From positions 19,778,001 through 19,842,000 of the forward strand of contig NC_043007.1 in the NCBI RefSeq assembly GCF_006345805.1: a DNA stretch of 64,000 bases, in the 5' to 3' direction. The notes beneath the pieces were generated by a model. It was not told where the DNA came from and ran no database searches. It saw nothing but the letters and a program-made list of their open reading frames with translations. The stretch is from Octopus sinensis. Its lineage: Eukaryota. A program made the translations under genes and the position numbers. Positions 11,181 to 24,463 of the stretch are shown in pieces (position 1 is the first letter of the stretch; the number at the start of each line of letters is the position of its first letter).

Positions 11181-13374
11181 TACGGGGGCAGACTCTTCCC
11201 TTTCTTCTTCCCCTTCGCCTCATCTCTCTTTCTCTCCCACGCGCGCGCTCACACACACTTCCTCTTTGAAAGAAATCGGTTACGTTCACCTATTTAAATG
11301 GATGGACTGTTGGGCTTAAAATGTCAAATGTTGTAGCGGCGCTCCACCGACTCTAAGATGTGTTGAGGGCCCTCTATGTTCTACAAGTGGAATCGCTTTT
11401 ATATTGGTTTAGATAGGGTATTGCATAAGGTGTCTGTTCAAACGCTTTTGTTTCGTTGTTATTCTTGTCGAACCACCCCGCCACCCACGGGTCTGATTGA
11501 TCAGTACTGATCAATTAGACCCGTGAGCACACAAATCAACCGTAATCATACCATCTTTTATTCAGTAGCAGTAACAGTCTACCTTGGAACACATATCCCC
11601 ATTGTGTTTCTTCATTCTTTTAAAAAATCTGTTAGGGTTTAATTTGAGAGAAAGAATTCGTTTTTATTCTGTAGAGGTTAAATGGTTACAATGGAGTCTA
11701 TATTTACACTTGTCAAGAGGAATAGTGTAACTAAGGCTACATGATCCAATGTGTTTGTCCATTCTTTAAAAACTATTAAGGTTTATAATTCGTGAGAATG
11801 AGTTCGTTGCTATTTCTAACAGGTCAAATTGTCCCGATGAAGCTTTAATTTTTCACTTGTCTCTCGGAAAAAGTGTATCTAGGTCTACATTTGTCCATGT
11901 TTAAACGCATCAAACGGCCGCAACGAAGTTTATGCTTCGGTTTGTCGGTCGTTTCATTTTGTGTTAGGGCAGTAAACCTGATTGTATAGGTCTCATTTTT
12001 CATCTGACTGTCGCCAAATCTCCTGAAAATGTTCCCCTAACGCCCTCATACAGCAGCTATGCATCGACCCATTTAATACCACGAGACTTAGCGAGCGTTT
12101 ACGTAAATATAAGCGATAATGAGCTTCACCTAAGCTAATATTTAAGCTGCAGACAACTCGAGACAGTAATCGATTTCGTTCTCAGTTGAAATAAAATAAT
12201 TTCACGTTTGTTATGTCGATCTTCTTAAACACAGACGATATCATATATTGCCAAAAGCCTAAATTATCGATATAAAGAAATGAAATGCAATTTAGTCTCA
12301 ACAGACTTTGAAATTAAAAGAGACAAGATTGAATCCAAATGCTACAAATGCCTTTAGAACTGAGTAAGTTTAGCATTAGCCATTTTCATCTTCCTTTAAA
12401 CTCTTTGATCTCCATTATGCATGAGCGCGCGCACGTTTATACAAACGCACACACGAACATAATTCTACACAATAGATACGCATATACATACACAAGAGAC
12501 ACATACACATACAGGCACACACACACATACATGTATGTATGTATATGTATAGTTCTAATCCATACACGTAGTAATATAGAAAAAATATATGAAGATTTAC
12601 TTAAATTAAAATTATTATATTTAACCAGTTTCACCTTTATATGATTTCCACGATAAACGATACAGTTTGCGACACCGCTCCACGTCCCTCAAATCTTACA
12701 CGTTTGAAAATGAAACAAATGTGAAACCGGTTAAATTTTAATATTCTAAATTAAATAAATCTCCATATATATATATATACTCTCCGTACATTTTAAAATT
12801 CATTAATTTGACTATACAAATACTTATATGAATGGATTAGTAACGGTTCTCTCTCCCCACTGTGTGTGTGTGTGTGTGTATATATATACATATTTATTTC
12901 TGTGTGTGTGTGTAAGAATTTATAAACTTTCCAGAAAACGTCAAATTGTTCTTTTTTTTTTAGCTGAGTGTATCTTCAAGCACACACATAGAATTATAGA
13001 TAAGAGATTGTAAATATTGGGTCGAAAAACCCTTTTTGATAGAAAAGGTCGAAACCTGTCATGTGTGTCGGTAAATATGTTTACGTCTATATATATATAG
13101 TACTTATATATGTATGTATATATGCATGTATGTATGTATGTATGTATGTATGTATGTATGTATGTATGTATGTATGTATGAATGTATGTATTTATATATG
13201 CATGTATGTGTGTATGTATGTATGTGTGTATGTGCGCGCATTTGTGTGTGTGTTTTCTATATATGTACATATATATACATATACATAATATATATATATA
13301 TTATGTGTACGTATGTATATGTATATATATATGTATATATGTGTGTGTGTGCGTGTGCACACCTGTATATATAA

Positions 13375-13417
<43 letters not shown>

Positions 13418-14127
13418 TATCTATATACATATATATATATATACATATATATATACATATATATATACATATATATATATATATGTGTGTGTGTGAGCAC
13501 GCTTGTATATATATTTGTGTGTGTGTGTGTGTGTGTGTGTGTTCCTGTGTATGTATACATATACAAATACACATACATCTCTTTGAATTTACACACAGAA
13601 TCAAACGAACAGAGCCACACATCTTCACGCGGGCCGCACACCGACATCAGCATCCCCGTTTACACCTTCACACAGTTACTGCCGCCATTCGCTCTGACCA
13701 CACCCCTATACCCACGTCTCTATGGCTTTCGTTGATCTAATCCAATAACCACGGACACGTCAACCCTAAGTGAATCCATCACTAAATACATTTCTCCCGG
13801 AACATTACCGATAAACCCCACCGCCAATCATATCGCAGCATACATCTTAAACAAACACAATAAGGAATTCTTACTTCATCTAACATCTACCAAAACCACC
13901 TCGTCCCGAAGCCTCCAGTCCATTAAGTGCGGTGACGGTCGTATTCAGCGGAGAAAAGTGCAGTCATGCTATGACAGCGGTGACCGTAAAAGGTGACGTA
14001 CCTTGTCAGATGCAATTTCCTGTTTGTTTGTACTTATCTAATGGTGTTAGCAGCAGCAGTGGCAGCAGCAGTAGCAACAGTAGTTGTAGTAGTAGTAGCA
14101 GCAGCAACAGTAGTAGTAGTAGTAGTA

Positions 14128-14168
<41 letters not shown>

Positions 14169-14319
14169 ATTTAGTATCAGATCAGCTTCTCATCAGACAG
14201 ACCATTGACCAAAGCAATCCATTCGTGACCATCCCTAACGTGTCCTTCCTTTTTTCTTCAACAATTTCAAGGGAATTTGAATTATATTTAGCTGCTGTTT
14301 CCAGTAAGTAGAGCGACCA

Positions 14320-14945
14320 GTAGAGCCACAGTCGAACCAATTCTACTATATTTCTCAGAAACCTGGACGTTATCAAAGAAGCTTGAGAGGCGGTTGGATG
14401 GAACTTACACTCGCCTCCTTATGAGAGCTCAAAATCTCTCATGGAAGCATCATCTAACCAAAGTACAAATATATGGGAAACTACCACCTGTATCATCTCT
14501 TGTGAAAGGTAGAAGAGTCCAGTTTGCTGGACATTGTTGTAGAGCTGAAAACGAGGTAATTTCTACTCTTCTCTTCTGGAAGCCATCTGCTCGGGATACC
14601 AGAGGGCGTACACTCTCCTACCCTGATGTAATCTCCAGGGATACAGGCCATCCAACCAAAGTACAAATATATGGGAAACTACCACCTGTATCATCTCTTG
14701 TGAAAGGTAGGAGAGTCCAGTTTGCTGGACATTGTTGTAGAGCTGAAAACGAGGTAATTTCTGCTCTTCTCCTCTGGAAGCCATCTGCTCGGGGTACCAG
14801 AGGGCGCACACTCTCCTACTCTGATGTAATCTCCAGGGATACAGGCATCCAGGAACAGGACCTCCGTAATGCTATGATGGACAGAGAAGGCTGGCGTAAA
14901 ATAGTAAATTCCATTGTCTCGACCACGGTCGAACAATGATGAATG
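14320..14945 (+). mobile_element. 5'-truncated RTE-clade-like LINE, 3' end, with internal 198-bp in-frame tandem duplication
   Basis: Frame RATVEPILLYFSETWTLSKKLERRLDGTYTRLLMRAQNLSWKHH...RRVQFAGHC...AMMDREGWRKIV resembles the post-RT region of RTE elements (LLYGxETW, R+xFAGH, DRxxWR). Ends in a tgatgaatga tail. Confidence 0.85.
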
Positions 14946-15010
14946 ACCACATACAGGTAAGTAAACAATGTGAAACAGTAGCGTTCTTGCTAAAGGAAGT
15001 TCGGTACATA

Positions 15011-15025
15011 TCGCTAGATGGCGCT
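15011..15025 (+). promoter_or_regulatory. CTCF-like motif
   Basis: TCGCTAGATGGCGCT fits the CTCF consensus core AGRTGGCGC. Similar motifs lie at 5241-5255(-, GCTAAAGGTGGCGCT) and 17241-17255(+, CCTGTAGATGGCAGT). Motif match only. Confidence 0.3.
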
Positions 15026-16606
15026 CTGGGAATAATGCTGTTGTTGGTGACAGGTTTTTATAGAGACAATCCCGGAGCGTTTGCGCAACTCGGGCAGAAC
15101 AAATAGCGCCGGGGTATGTTTGCTTATCGGCTTTTACGCAGTTGTTAACGTCTTTCGCAATTATACATCGGCAAAGGATACACACGTACTTGCACAATAT
15201 ATCCGGGAATTTTGTCTGGGCGTTCTTCAGTGAAGTCTACTGTAGTTGTTGAAGCAAAAGGCGAGCAGTTGCCGTGTCATGTGATGTGTGACGTCACCGA
15301 CGTTCTGAATATTGTTCTGAAAATGGATTGCCAAAAGTTTCATTCATTGCTTTTGAGATTAGGCCGTCCGTTCCCTTCTTTACTGGGGTTTTGTTGTTTG
15401 TTACTTCTCGATCCACACCTGGCTCAAAGGGCCAGTTTCCCTTCCCGGTTTCCTTGGCGTAAAGGTTCTCCACCTGGACGGGACACCGGTCCGTCGCAGG
15501 TGAGCTGCTAGATGCAGGAGGAAAGAGTGAGAGAAAGTTGTGGCGAAAGAGTCAGCAGAAGTTCGCCATTACCTTCTGCCGGAGCCGCGTGGATCTTAGG
15601 TGTTTCGCTCATAAACACACACATCGCCCGATCTGAGATTCAAACCCGCGATCCCTCGACCGCGAGTCCGCTGCTCTAATCACTAGGCCATGTGCCTCCA
15701 CTCTTTATTGGGGTGGGTTATAATGTTCTCAGTCAGACTTATGCTGCAATGTTTTGAATATAATTGCATGACATGGCACTGTCTTTTATTGAAACTGAAA
15801 TGATAATCATTTATATTTTCTCCAGATGTGCTTCAAGATCGATGTTTCCTTTGTGTTGGTATAACCGGTTCTTAAAAGCGATTTCTGTTCAACAGAACTA
15901 AGACGCAGTACTGTCGATTTATTTTTAACAGTTGCGGTGGCTTGATGCTTGATGGAGCTACTTACACATTAGTTAACCCAAGGATAACCAGTACTTGATC
16001 TATTAAAGCCATATTCTGAGTTCCGAAAATTATACCCATATATCTTTTTATTTTTTGTAGTGGGTTCAGGGGTTGTATTCCGCTGAAGGTTTCTGTGATT
16101 AAGTAGCGAAATATTTTTCTTATGAAATAATGGCTCTTAAACGGGAGAATCGGTCCTTGTTTGATCCAATAGTCCGGAGGTACTGCTCGCTAACGAGACA
16201 TAACAATGTCGAATAACAGAATGTCCCAGAATCCCTTGTACTGATGAACTGAGTGTGTTATGAACACATGTTCGTCGTAAAGAAATTGTTCCGTGAAAAA
16301 ACACGTGAGCGATTAGCATATTCACGTTCAAATCTGCCGAAGCATATGGATAAATATACAAGTCATTGTCCAGGCATATATTTTATTATTGTCATGGTGC
16401 TTGCCGAAGTTTTTGTTGGATGTTTTGCTCTGCAGTTTATGTTATAAAATTTTACGGTTGTGAAGGGAACACTACAGCCCTTACGAAGTATATTAGGCAG
16501 AAGAAAAAACTTACTAATGCTGCGAGGTCAGTCTCGGACAGAACAAACCGTTCAATACTAGTTTTAAACGGTTTAAAGTTTAAGCTTGACAGTGAAATAT
16601 ATCAGT

Positions 16607-17020
16607 AGGCGCAGGAGTGGCTGTGTGGTAAGTAGCTTGCTAACCAACCACATGGTTCCGGGTTCAGTCCCACTGCGTGGCATCTTGGGCAAGTGTCTTC
16701 TGCTATAGCCCCGGGCCGACCAATGCCTTGTGAGTGGATTTGGTAGACGGAGACTGAAAGAAGCCTGTCGTATATATGTATATATATATATGTGTGTGTA
16801 TGTGTTTGTGTGTCTGTGTTTGTCCCCCTAGCATTGCTTGACAACCGATGCTGGTGTGTTTACGTCCCCGTCACTTAGCGGTTCGGCAAAAGAGACCGAG
16901 AGAATAAGTACTGGGCTTACAAAGAATAAGTTCTGGGGTCGATTTGCTCGACTAAAGGCGGTGCTCCAGCATGGCCGCAGTCAAATGACTGAAACAAGTA
17001 AAAGAGTAAAAGAGTAAAAG
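16607..17020 (+). mobile_element. tRNA-derived SINE family C, near-complete copy
   Basis: Head with A-box TGGCTGTGTGG and B-box GGTTCAGTCCC, central (TA)n(TG)n, tail gactgaaacaagtaaaagagtaaaagag. Other copies at about 3416-3832(-), 4064-4225(-), 4586-4935(-), 6190-6345(+), 8737-9085(-), 18900-19050(-), 20229-20800(+), 33905-34035(+), 39335-39480(+), 41717-41790(-), 48030-48420(-), 48938-49350(-), 55960-56350(-), 57400-57720(+). Confidence 0.9.
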
Positions 17021-17369
17021 TGTAAAGTACATTATATATGACAGTACATCACAACCACAATGAGGAGAATTACAGACATAGTCTGAAGGTTTTAATATCT
17101 ATTTTCATATAATGTATACACTTAACGTTCTTTGAAAAAGCATGGACATCATGACACGTTATTACTTATCTTCTAAATAATACGTTAGACTTTATATATT
17201 ACGAGGACAATGAATGTGAAAGTGTAGTTGTACTTCTCAGCCTGTAGATGGCAGTGTTACGTGAGTACAAAAATAGGTTACAGCCTGCGCCTATGAACAA
17301 GTTATATGTGGATTATTGAGACTATGGGAATCGAACGCACGCCTTCTAACGAACGACAAATGTGATACC

Positions 17370-18152
17370 TATTTCTTTACTACCCACAAGGGGCTAAACA
17401 CAGAGAGGACAAACAAGGACAGACAAACGGATTAAGTCGATTATATCGACCCCAGTGCGTAACTGGTACTTATTTAATCGACCCCGAAAGGATGAAAGGC
17501 AAAGTCGACCTCGGCGGAATTTGAACTCAGAACGTAACGGCAGAAGAAATACCTATTTCTTTACTACCCACAAGGGGCTAAACACAGAGAGGACAAACAA
17601 GGACAGACAAACGGATTAAGTCGATTATATCAACCCCAGTGCGTAACTGGTACTTATTTAATCGACCCTCGAAAGGATGAAGGGCAAAGTCGACCTCGGC
17701 GGAATTTGAACTCAGAACGTAACGGCAGAAGAAACCCTATTTCTTTACTACACAAGGGGCTAAACACAGAGAGGACAAACAAGGACAGACAACGGATTAT
17801 TAAGTCGATTATATCAACCCCAGTGCGTAACTGGTACTTATTTAATCGACCCCGAAAGGATGAAAGGCAAAGTCGACCTCGGCGGAATTTGAACTCAGAA
17901 CGTAACGGCAGAAGAAATACCTATTTCTTTACTACCCACAAGGGGCTAAACACAGAGAGGACAAACAAGGACAGACAAACGGATTAAGTCGATTACATCG
18001 ACCCCAGTGAGTAACTGGTACTTATTTAATCGACCCCGAAAGGATGAAAGGCAAAGTCGACCTCGGCGGAATTTGAACTCAGAACGTAACGGCAGACGAA
18101 ATACCGCTAAGCATTCCGCCCGGCGTGCTAACGTTTCTGCCAGTTTTCCGCC
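17370..18152 (-). mobile_element. tRNA-derived SINE family A with four tandem copies of its 184-bp 3' module
   Basis: Head ggcgagctggcagaaacgttagcacgccggg..., B-box GAGTTCAAATTCC, core gcctttcatcctttcggggtcgat. Modules start near 17365, 17549, 17733 and 17917. Flanked by a 15-bp direct repeat gaca(a/g)atgtgatacc at 17355-17369 and 18156-18170. Confidence 0.92.
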
Positions 18153-19089
18153 TTAGACAGATGTGATACCATTACACTAACAGCCCCATGTGTGTGTGTG
18201 TGCGTGCATGTGTGTGTGCGTGCATGTGTGCGTGCATGTGTGCGTGCATGTGTGCGTGCATGTGTGCGTGCGTGTGTGCATGGGAGTTTCGATGCGGCGG
18301 TTCACATCCACTAAGCTCTCCACGTTTTCACAACAGCGTAACGCTTCTTTCTTTTTTTTTGTTTCAGTTTATCAAACCAGAATTATTTGTGGCAGCCATG
18401 TTGTATATGTTTGAAAATTGTTGTATTGCACCGTCTCTCTCCATATTTTCTGCGGATGACATTGAATATTCTTCATAGATTAACATTAAGTATAATGATG
18501 ACGTTAAAGTGTCTTGTTGACATTTTGAAGCAGTTCATGTTTAAGTACTTCGGTCTTTTCTTCAATGAAAATGTAAAGCAGTCGACATTTGCAGTCATCC
18601 CTAGCCATTGGTACTGTTTCATAATGTATTTTATGGACATCAATTAAGTTCATTAATGTCTACAGTTTACTCATCCAGACGTAACTACACTACTTGTCAA
18701 TATTATTTTCAAATTTTGACACAAGGCCAGCAGGCTCGGGGGAATAGCTAAATCAATCGATCGATTCCAGTATTCAACCGTATCGACCCCAAAAGGATGA
18801 AAGGCAAAGTCGACCTCGGCGGAAGACGGACGAAATGCTGCTAAGTATTTTGCCTGGCGTGCTAACGATTCTTCCAGCTCGCCGTTTTATAAATAATGGC
18901 ATATTTGTTTATTATTATCTTTTACTTGTTTAAAACATTTGACTGTGGCGTTACGGGAGCATTGCCTTTAGTCGAACGAATTGACCCCCAAGTACTCATA
19001 CTATCAGTCTCTTTTATGAATTTAGGGGGACATAAACATACCAACATTAGTTGGCAAGCAATGTATATATATTGCCAACTACCACTACA

Positions 19090-19240
19090 CACATTTTTTT
19101 CTCTCCTTGTTTTTTCTGTGTACCTTTCTGTAGAAGAGCGCAGGCTCGAAACGTAAAAGACTTTTTCTATTCCTGAGCGTTATACATCTGTTTGTTTTGT
19201 ACACCACCTGTCTTCGTCTTTTGTTTTTTCCGTAAACTCT
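19090..19240 (+). repeat. Short interspersed repeat carrying a hammerhead-like core (possibly Penelope-like terminal repeat)
   Basis: Three related copies: 3905-4060(-), 19090-19240(+), 25410-25570(+). Each has cttt-CTG(T)NGA-A-GAGC-G(T/C)AG-GCTC-GAAA-CG-TA-AAAG or a close variant, and each lies next to a TA/CA microsatellite. Confidence 0.7.
19124..19159 (+). ncRNA. Minimal hammerhead-like variant (A6U, extra A after A9, ACGU palindromic stem III)
   Basis: CTTT-CTGTAGA-A-GAGC-GCAG-GCTC-GAAA-CG-TA-AAAG; homologues at 25443-25478(+) and 4005-4040(-). Confidence 0.4.
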
Positions 19241-19518
19241 CCTATACACACACACACACACACACCACACACACATATATATATATTGATACACACACAC
19301 ATAGATAGAGAGGGAGAGAGAGAACGAGAACTGCAGTAGCTCTTGGCTGGTATTCTTTCTCGGCTGAGTAGACTAGAGCCAGGTGAAATGATGCACTTTG
19401 TTTCAGGGTGCAGCACGCCGCCCGCAGCCAACAATCGAACCCACTATACGATGATTGTAAAGCGAACGCCATAGCCACTAGATCGCATGACTTCATGCTT
19501 TACACACAGACGCGCACT

Positions 19519-19585
<67 letters not shown>

Positions 19586-20485
19586 ACGCACGCACGCATA
19601 CGCGTATGTATATGGGTGTATGCGAATGAATGTGATCAGTATTTGTGTTTATATTAATTTAGTGACGTTCTCAACAACAATATTATTACCTGAATATGAA
19701 CAAATTAAAAAAAAAACTAACCAAGGCTCATTTTGTGGAACATTCCAGCCCCAACGTGCATGTCCGGTGCCCCTATGCTCTCTCCATTCAACCATCTGCA
19801 TTTCTCACGCCCCATTACTTCTCCATACACACAGATTGTTCTTGCGAAAACTTCTCTTCTCCCCAAACTCTACTTAATCTTCAACATTAAAATCCAAGCG
19901 TAAAAATTTACACTCCATAGCTTGATATTAATTTACAAAATGTCTTCGAACTAATTAAGGTGAGTAATAATGTAATAAGCTAACCAATGAAATCAAGCCA
20001 TTCTAATGAAAAGGCAACAATTAAGAAAACAAAAAAATTAAGTAAAACAGCATATATATAAATGAAAACTACCGAAAATTGGTAAAAATGATTTTAATGC
20101 GAAACATAAATTCCAATAGCGATCTTGAAGAATTATTATACGCCAATCTAACGGAACAACACACACACATACATATATCTATAGACACATGCAAATACAT
20201 GTGTGTGTGTTTGTGTGTGTGAGTGTGTGTAGGCGCAAGAGTGGCTGTGTGGTAAGAAACTTGCTTCCCGACTGCATAATTCTGGGTTCAGTCCCACTGC
20301 GTGTTTCTTTGGGTGTCCTCTACAATAGCTCCAAGCCGACTACAGCCTTGTGGGTGGATTTGGTAGAGAGAAACTAAAAGAAGCCTGTCGTATACATACA
20401 TACATACATTTTTTATATATATATATATATATATATAATTATATATATATATGATATATATATATATATATATTATATATACTAA

Positions 20486-20524
<39 letters not shown>

Positions 20525-20559
20525 GTATATAGATATAGATATACATATCCATACATACA

Positions 20560-20595
<36 letters not shown>

Positions 20596-20841
20596 TTGTG
20601 TGTCTCTGTGTATGCGTTTGTCCCACGCCACTGCTTGACAGTGTTGGTTAGGCTACGTCCTCGTAACTTAACAGTTCGGCAAAACAAACCGATACAATAA
20701 ATATCAGGCTTCAAAATAATAAAAGAAACCTTGGGGTCGATACATTTGACTGAAATCCTTCAAGATGGAGTCCTGCATGGCCGCTGTATAATGACAAATA
20801 AGGAAAAATGGGAAAGGTAAAATAGTTATATGTATATATAC

Positions 20842-20931
<90 letters not shown>

Positions 20932-21336
20932 CACCTATAATGAGTAGGTATATTTATAGTGATATATACGGACTAGTTATATTTATAAATGTGGGGAAAG
21001 TAGACCTGACGATTGGGAGTGCGTAAATGTAATGAGTTTTGGAATGAGACTGTGTCTTAACAATACCATATGTACCCCCATGAAACACGTGTAGTCCGTA
21101 ATATGAAAACTTGGGGATTATGAATATAAACAGTAAGTATATTATTTAACATTTTATGGCTTGGTTGAGTTAATATCGTTTGGAGTTGATGAAGTTGTGG
21201 GGGTTTCTATTTCTAACAATATTTTGATATATATGAATTAATTATTGAGATTAATTCATTTAATATTTTTAATTTGAATGTCTCATTCCTATGGTACTGG
21301 AATTGATATTCCATAATTATTATTATAATATACTAC

Positions 21337-21491
<155 letters not shown>

Positions 21492-21660
21492 GTATAATAT
21501 ATATAATATATATATATATATATATAATATATATATATATATGTATGTATGTATGTAGGTATGTATGTATGTATGTATGCATGTATGTATTAGTATAACG
21601 CTCGGGAAGTGAAAAGTCTTTATATAGATATATATTATATATATATCTGTGTGTGTGTGT

Positions 21661-21704
<44 letters not shown>

Positions 21705-21944
21705 TGTGGTGTGTTTATTCAAACAAAATTTACTTTAACTGTAACATTGAAGTTTCCTAGACATTGAAAGCCTTCGTCTAGATATTTGGATTCTACAGTT
21801 GTGTTGGTCTGAAAACAGATGGAGTGGTCGTGGTTAAAACGCCTTTGATCATACGACTATTTCATCGGGGCTGGATTGGGGCTACGTTGCAACAGCAACG
21901 GCAGAAGCAGCAGCTGATGTGTGTTTATTTGACTGAAACTCGGA

Positions 21945-22382
21945 AGGAAGGAAGGAACGAACGAACGAAGGAAAGAAGGAAGGAAGGAAAGAAGAAAGGA
22001 AGGAACGAACGAACGAAGGAAAGAAGGAGGGAAGGAAGGAAGAAAAGAGGGGAGCAAAGAAGGAAGGAAGGAAGGAAGGAAGGCAAGAAGGAATGAACGA
22101 AGGAAAGAAGGAAGGAAAAAAGGAAGGAAGGAAGGAAAGAAGAAGGAGGAAAGAAGGAGCGAAGAAAGGAAGGAAGGAAGGAAAGAAGGAACGAAGGAAC
22201 GAAGGAAGGAAGGAAGGAAAGAAGGAAGGAACGAACGAACGAACGAACGAAAGAAGGAAGGAAGGAAGGAAGGAATGAACGAAGAAGGAAAGATGGAAGG
22301 AAGGAAAAAGAAGGAAGGAAGGAAGGAACGAACGAACGAACGAACGAACGAAGGAAGGAAAGAAGGAAGGAAGGAAGGAAGG
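21945..22382. repeat. Compound (GAAG)n/(GAAC)n microsatellite
   Basis: Visible tetranucleotide arrays; source of ORFs 21857-22439. Confidence 0.95.
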
Positions 22383-22686
22383 ACGCGGCCGACGAATGAA
22401 TAAGACAAACCTCGAAGCATGTAATATGAGGCACCGCACTGGGTTAGATCCTGTTAGTAAAGCATCTACTTCGCTGTTTTACTATCTCAGTTCTCTCCAA
22501 ATTCAAAGGCATTATTCGTAATGCAGCTATCTTTGCCAAATCTCATTCCAGCCTGCAATTTCGGAATTGCTGAGTGAGAGCTAGCGAGAGAGGGAGAGCG
22601 AGAGAAAGGGAGTGTAAGTGAGACATAGAGAAACAAAGGAGAGAGAGAAAGAAAGAAGGAGAGAGAGAGAAGCACCCATTTCTCAC

Positions 22687-22778
22687 CCGTTTAATATCTC
22701 TTGCTCTGCCTCTCACTCTCACATCAAAGACATTGCAGGCACGAATGAAGGGTGAGGTCCGTATATCTTTCCATAAAA
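22687..22778 (-). CDS. Candidate orphan exon, unknown product
   Basis: Acceptor tttcttttgttgttaaaag, donor gtgaga; only one frame open: (x)LWKDIRTSPFIRACNVFDVRVRGRARDIKR, phase 1-0. Non-repetitive sequence; no family recognised. Confidence 0.25.
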
Positions 22779-22922
22779 CTTTTAACAACAAAAGAAATGG
22801 AATTTTTTAATAAAAATAAATTGTTTCGTCCTAGAAGAAAAAAAAACCCCAAAAAAACAAAGCAATGAAAATAACGATGGTGGAGAATTTGATAATTCAA
22901 GGTCTTTATGCGTTTTATATTA

Positions 22923-22955
<33 letters not shown>

Positions 22956-23766
22956 GGCGGCGAGCTGGCAGAAACGTTAGCACGCCGGGCGAAATGCTTA
23001 GCAGTATTTCGTCTGCCGTTACGTTGTGAGCCGAGGTCGACTTTGCCTTTCATCCTTTCGGGGTCGATAAATTAAGTGTCAGTTACGCACTGGGGTCGAT
23101 ATAATCGACTTAATCCGTTTGTCTGTCCTTGTTTGTCCTCACTGTGTTTAGCTCCTTGTTGGTAGTAAAGAAATAGGTATTTCGTCCGTCTTTATGTTCT
23201 GAGTTCAAATTCCACCGAGGTCGACTGTGCCTTTCATTCGTTCGGGATCGATAAATTAAGTACCAGTTACGCACTGGGGTCGATGATATCGACTTAACCG
23301 CCCCCCACAAATTTCAGCCCTTGAGCCTAGAGTAGAAATGATTCTTCTTCTTCTTCTTCTTCCTCTTCTTTTTCTTCTCCTCTGCCCCTTCTCCTCCTCC
23401 TTTTTCTTCTATTCCTTCTCCTTTCTTCTTCTTCTTCTTCTTCTTCTTCTTCTTCTTCTTCTTCTTCTTCTTCTTCTTCTTCTTCTTCTTCTTCTTCTTT
23501 TCTTCAATATAACTGGAGGAGAAACACATTCATATTTTGCAAACTGAATTTAAGCGGGGAATGTCATTTTCTCTCATGGAGTCTTTTGTCGTATTGCATT
23601 ATGGGAATTATTATTAAGAAATCTCCGTTTAAAACACAGAAGAAGCATAAACCAAGGCATTGTAATTATCATCGTCGTCGTCTTCATCATCATCATCATC
23701 ATATTATCAATCATCATCATCATCATCAATCATTATTATCATCATCATCATCACCTCTATCTTCAT

Positions 23767-23797
<31 letters not shown>

Positions 23798-23861
23798 TTC
23801 ATCAATCATCATCATCATCATCAATCATTATTATCATCATCATCACCACCTCTATCCCCAT

Positions 23862-23893
<32 letters not shown>

Positions 23894-24424
23894 TCGTCAT
23901 CATATATTCACAAGATGAGAAATTGATACCCATGAATCTCGCCATCTTTGGTTCTCTGGCTGTTGGGCATTATATCACATTTCTATTTTTATAGTTCGTA
24001 TTTTCCTTTGGAAATATTCTTCCGAGCTTTCTGTTGATAAAACTGACATGTGCCACATTGATTGTCATTGTATTTGGATTTTACGAATGATTTAACATAT
24101 TGTTTGGCTCAAACTTTGTCTTTGTCAAAAATTCCTTCGAGTGTTTTGGTAGTGTTTCACTGTGAACGAGTCTCCGATTTCTAATTACATCTTTTAGTTC
24201 GTTATTCTGACCGATGATAAGCACGCTGATTCATCTTGGTGGGGCCTATCGGAAAGTATTTAGAGGACAAACCTAGTCATTTAATTACAGTAATCAACTG
24301 TGAAACAAAACTCTTGGTTAATACTGCACTACATGAAATTGAAGATTGCAGAAAGATGAAAGTACTTGCGTTATTATGATGTTGGACATTGTAAAATTGT
24401 AAATTTGCATTCATGCATACATAC

Positions 24425-24463
<39 letters not shown>

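Noticed and set aside
11903-11945. Imperfect hairpin aacggccg...cggtcgtt as a pre-miRNA
   Set aside because: Only ~40 nt with bulges; too short and unstable for a miRNA precursor.
15825-16560. Several short splice-bounded frames on both strands (e.g. VLQDRCFLCV, GFRGCIPLK, MALIDQVLVILGLTN), plus similar ones at 9605-9769, 25008-25280, 29143-29208, 50161-50219 and 60750-60802
   Set aside because: Short, mutually inconsistent in strand and phase, and with no recognisable family; expected by chance in AT-rich DNA.
17365-18100. Regular 184-bp array as a CRISPR or satellite of independent origin
   Set aside because: Units are near-identical along their full length with no unique spacers, the host is eukaryotic, and the unit is the 3' module of a dispersed SINE.
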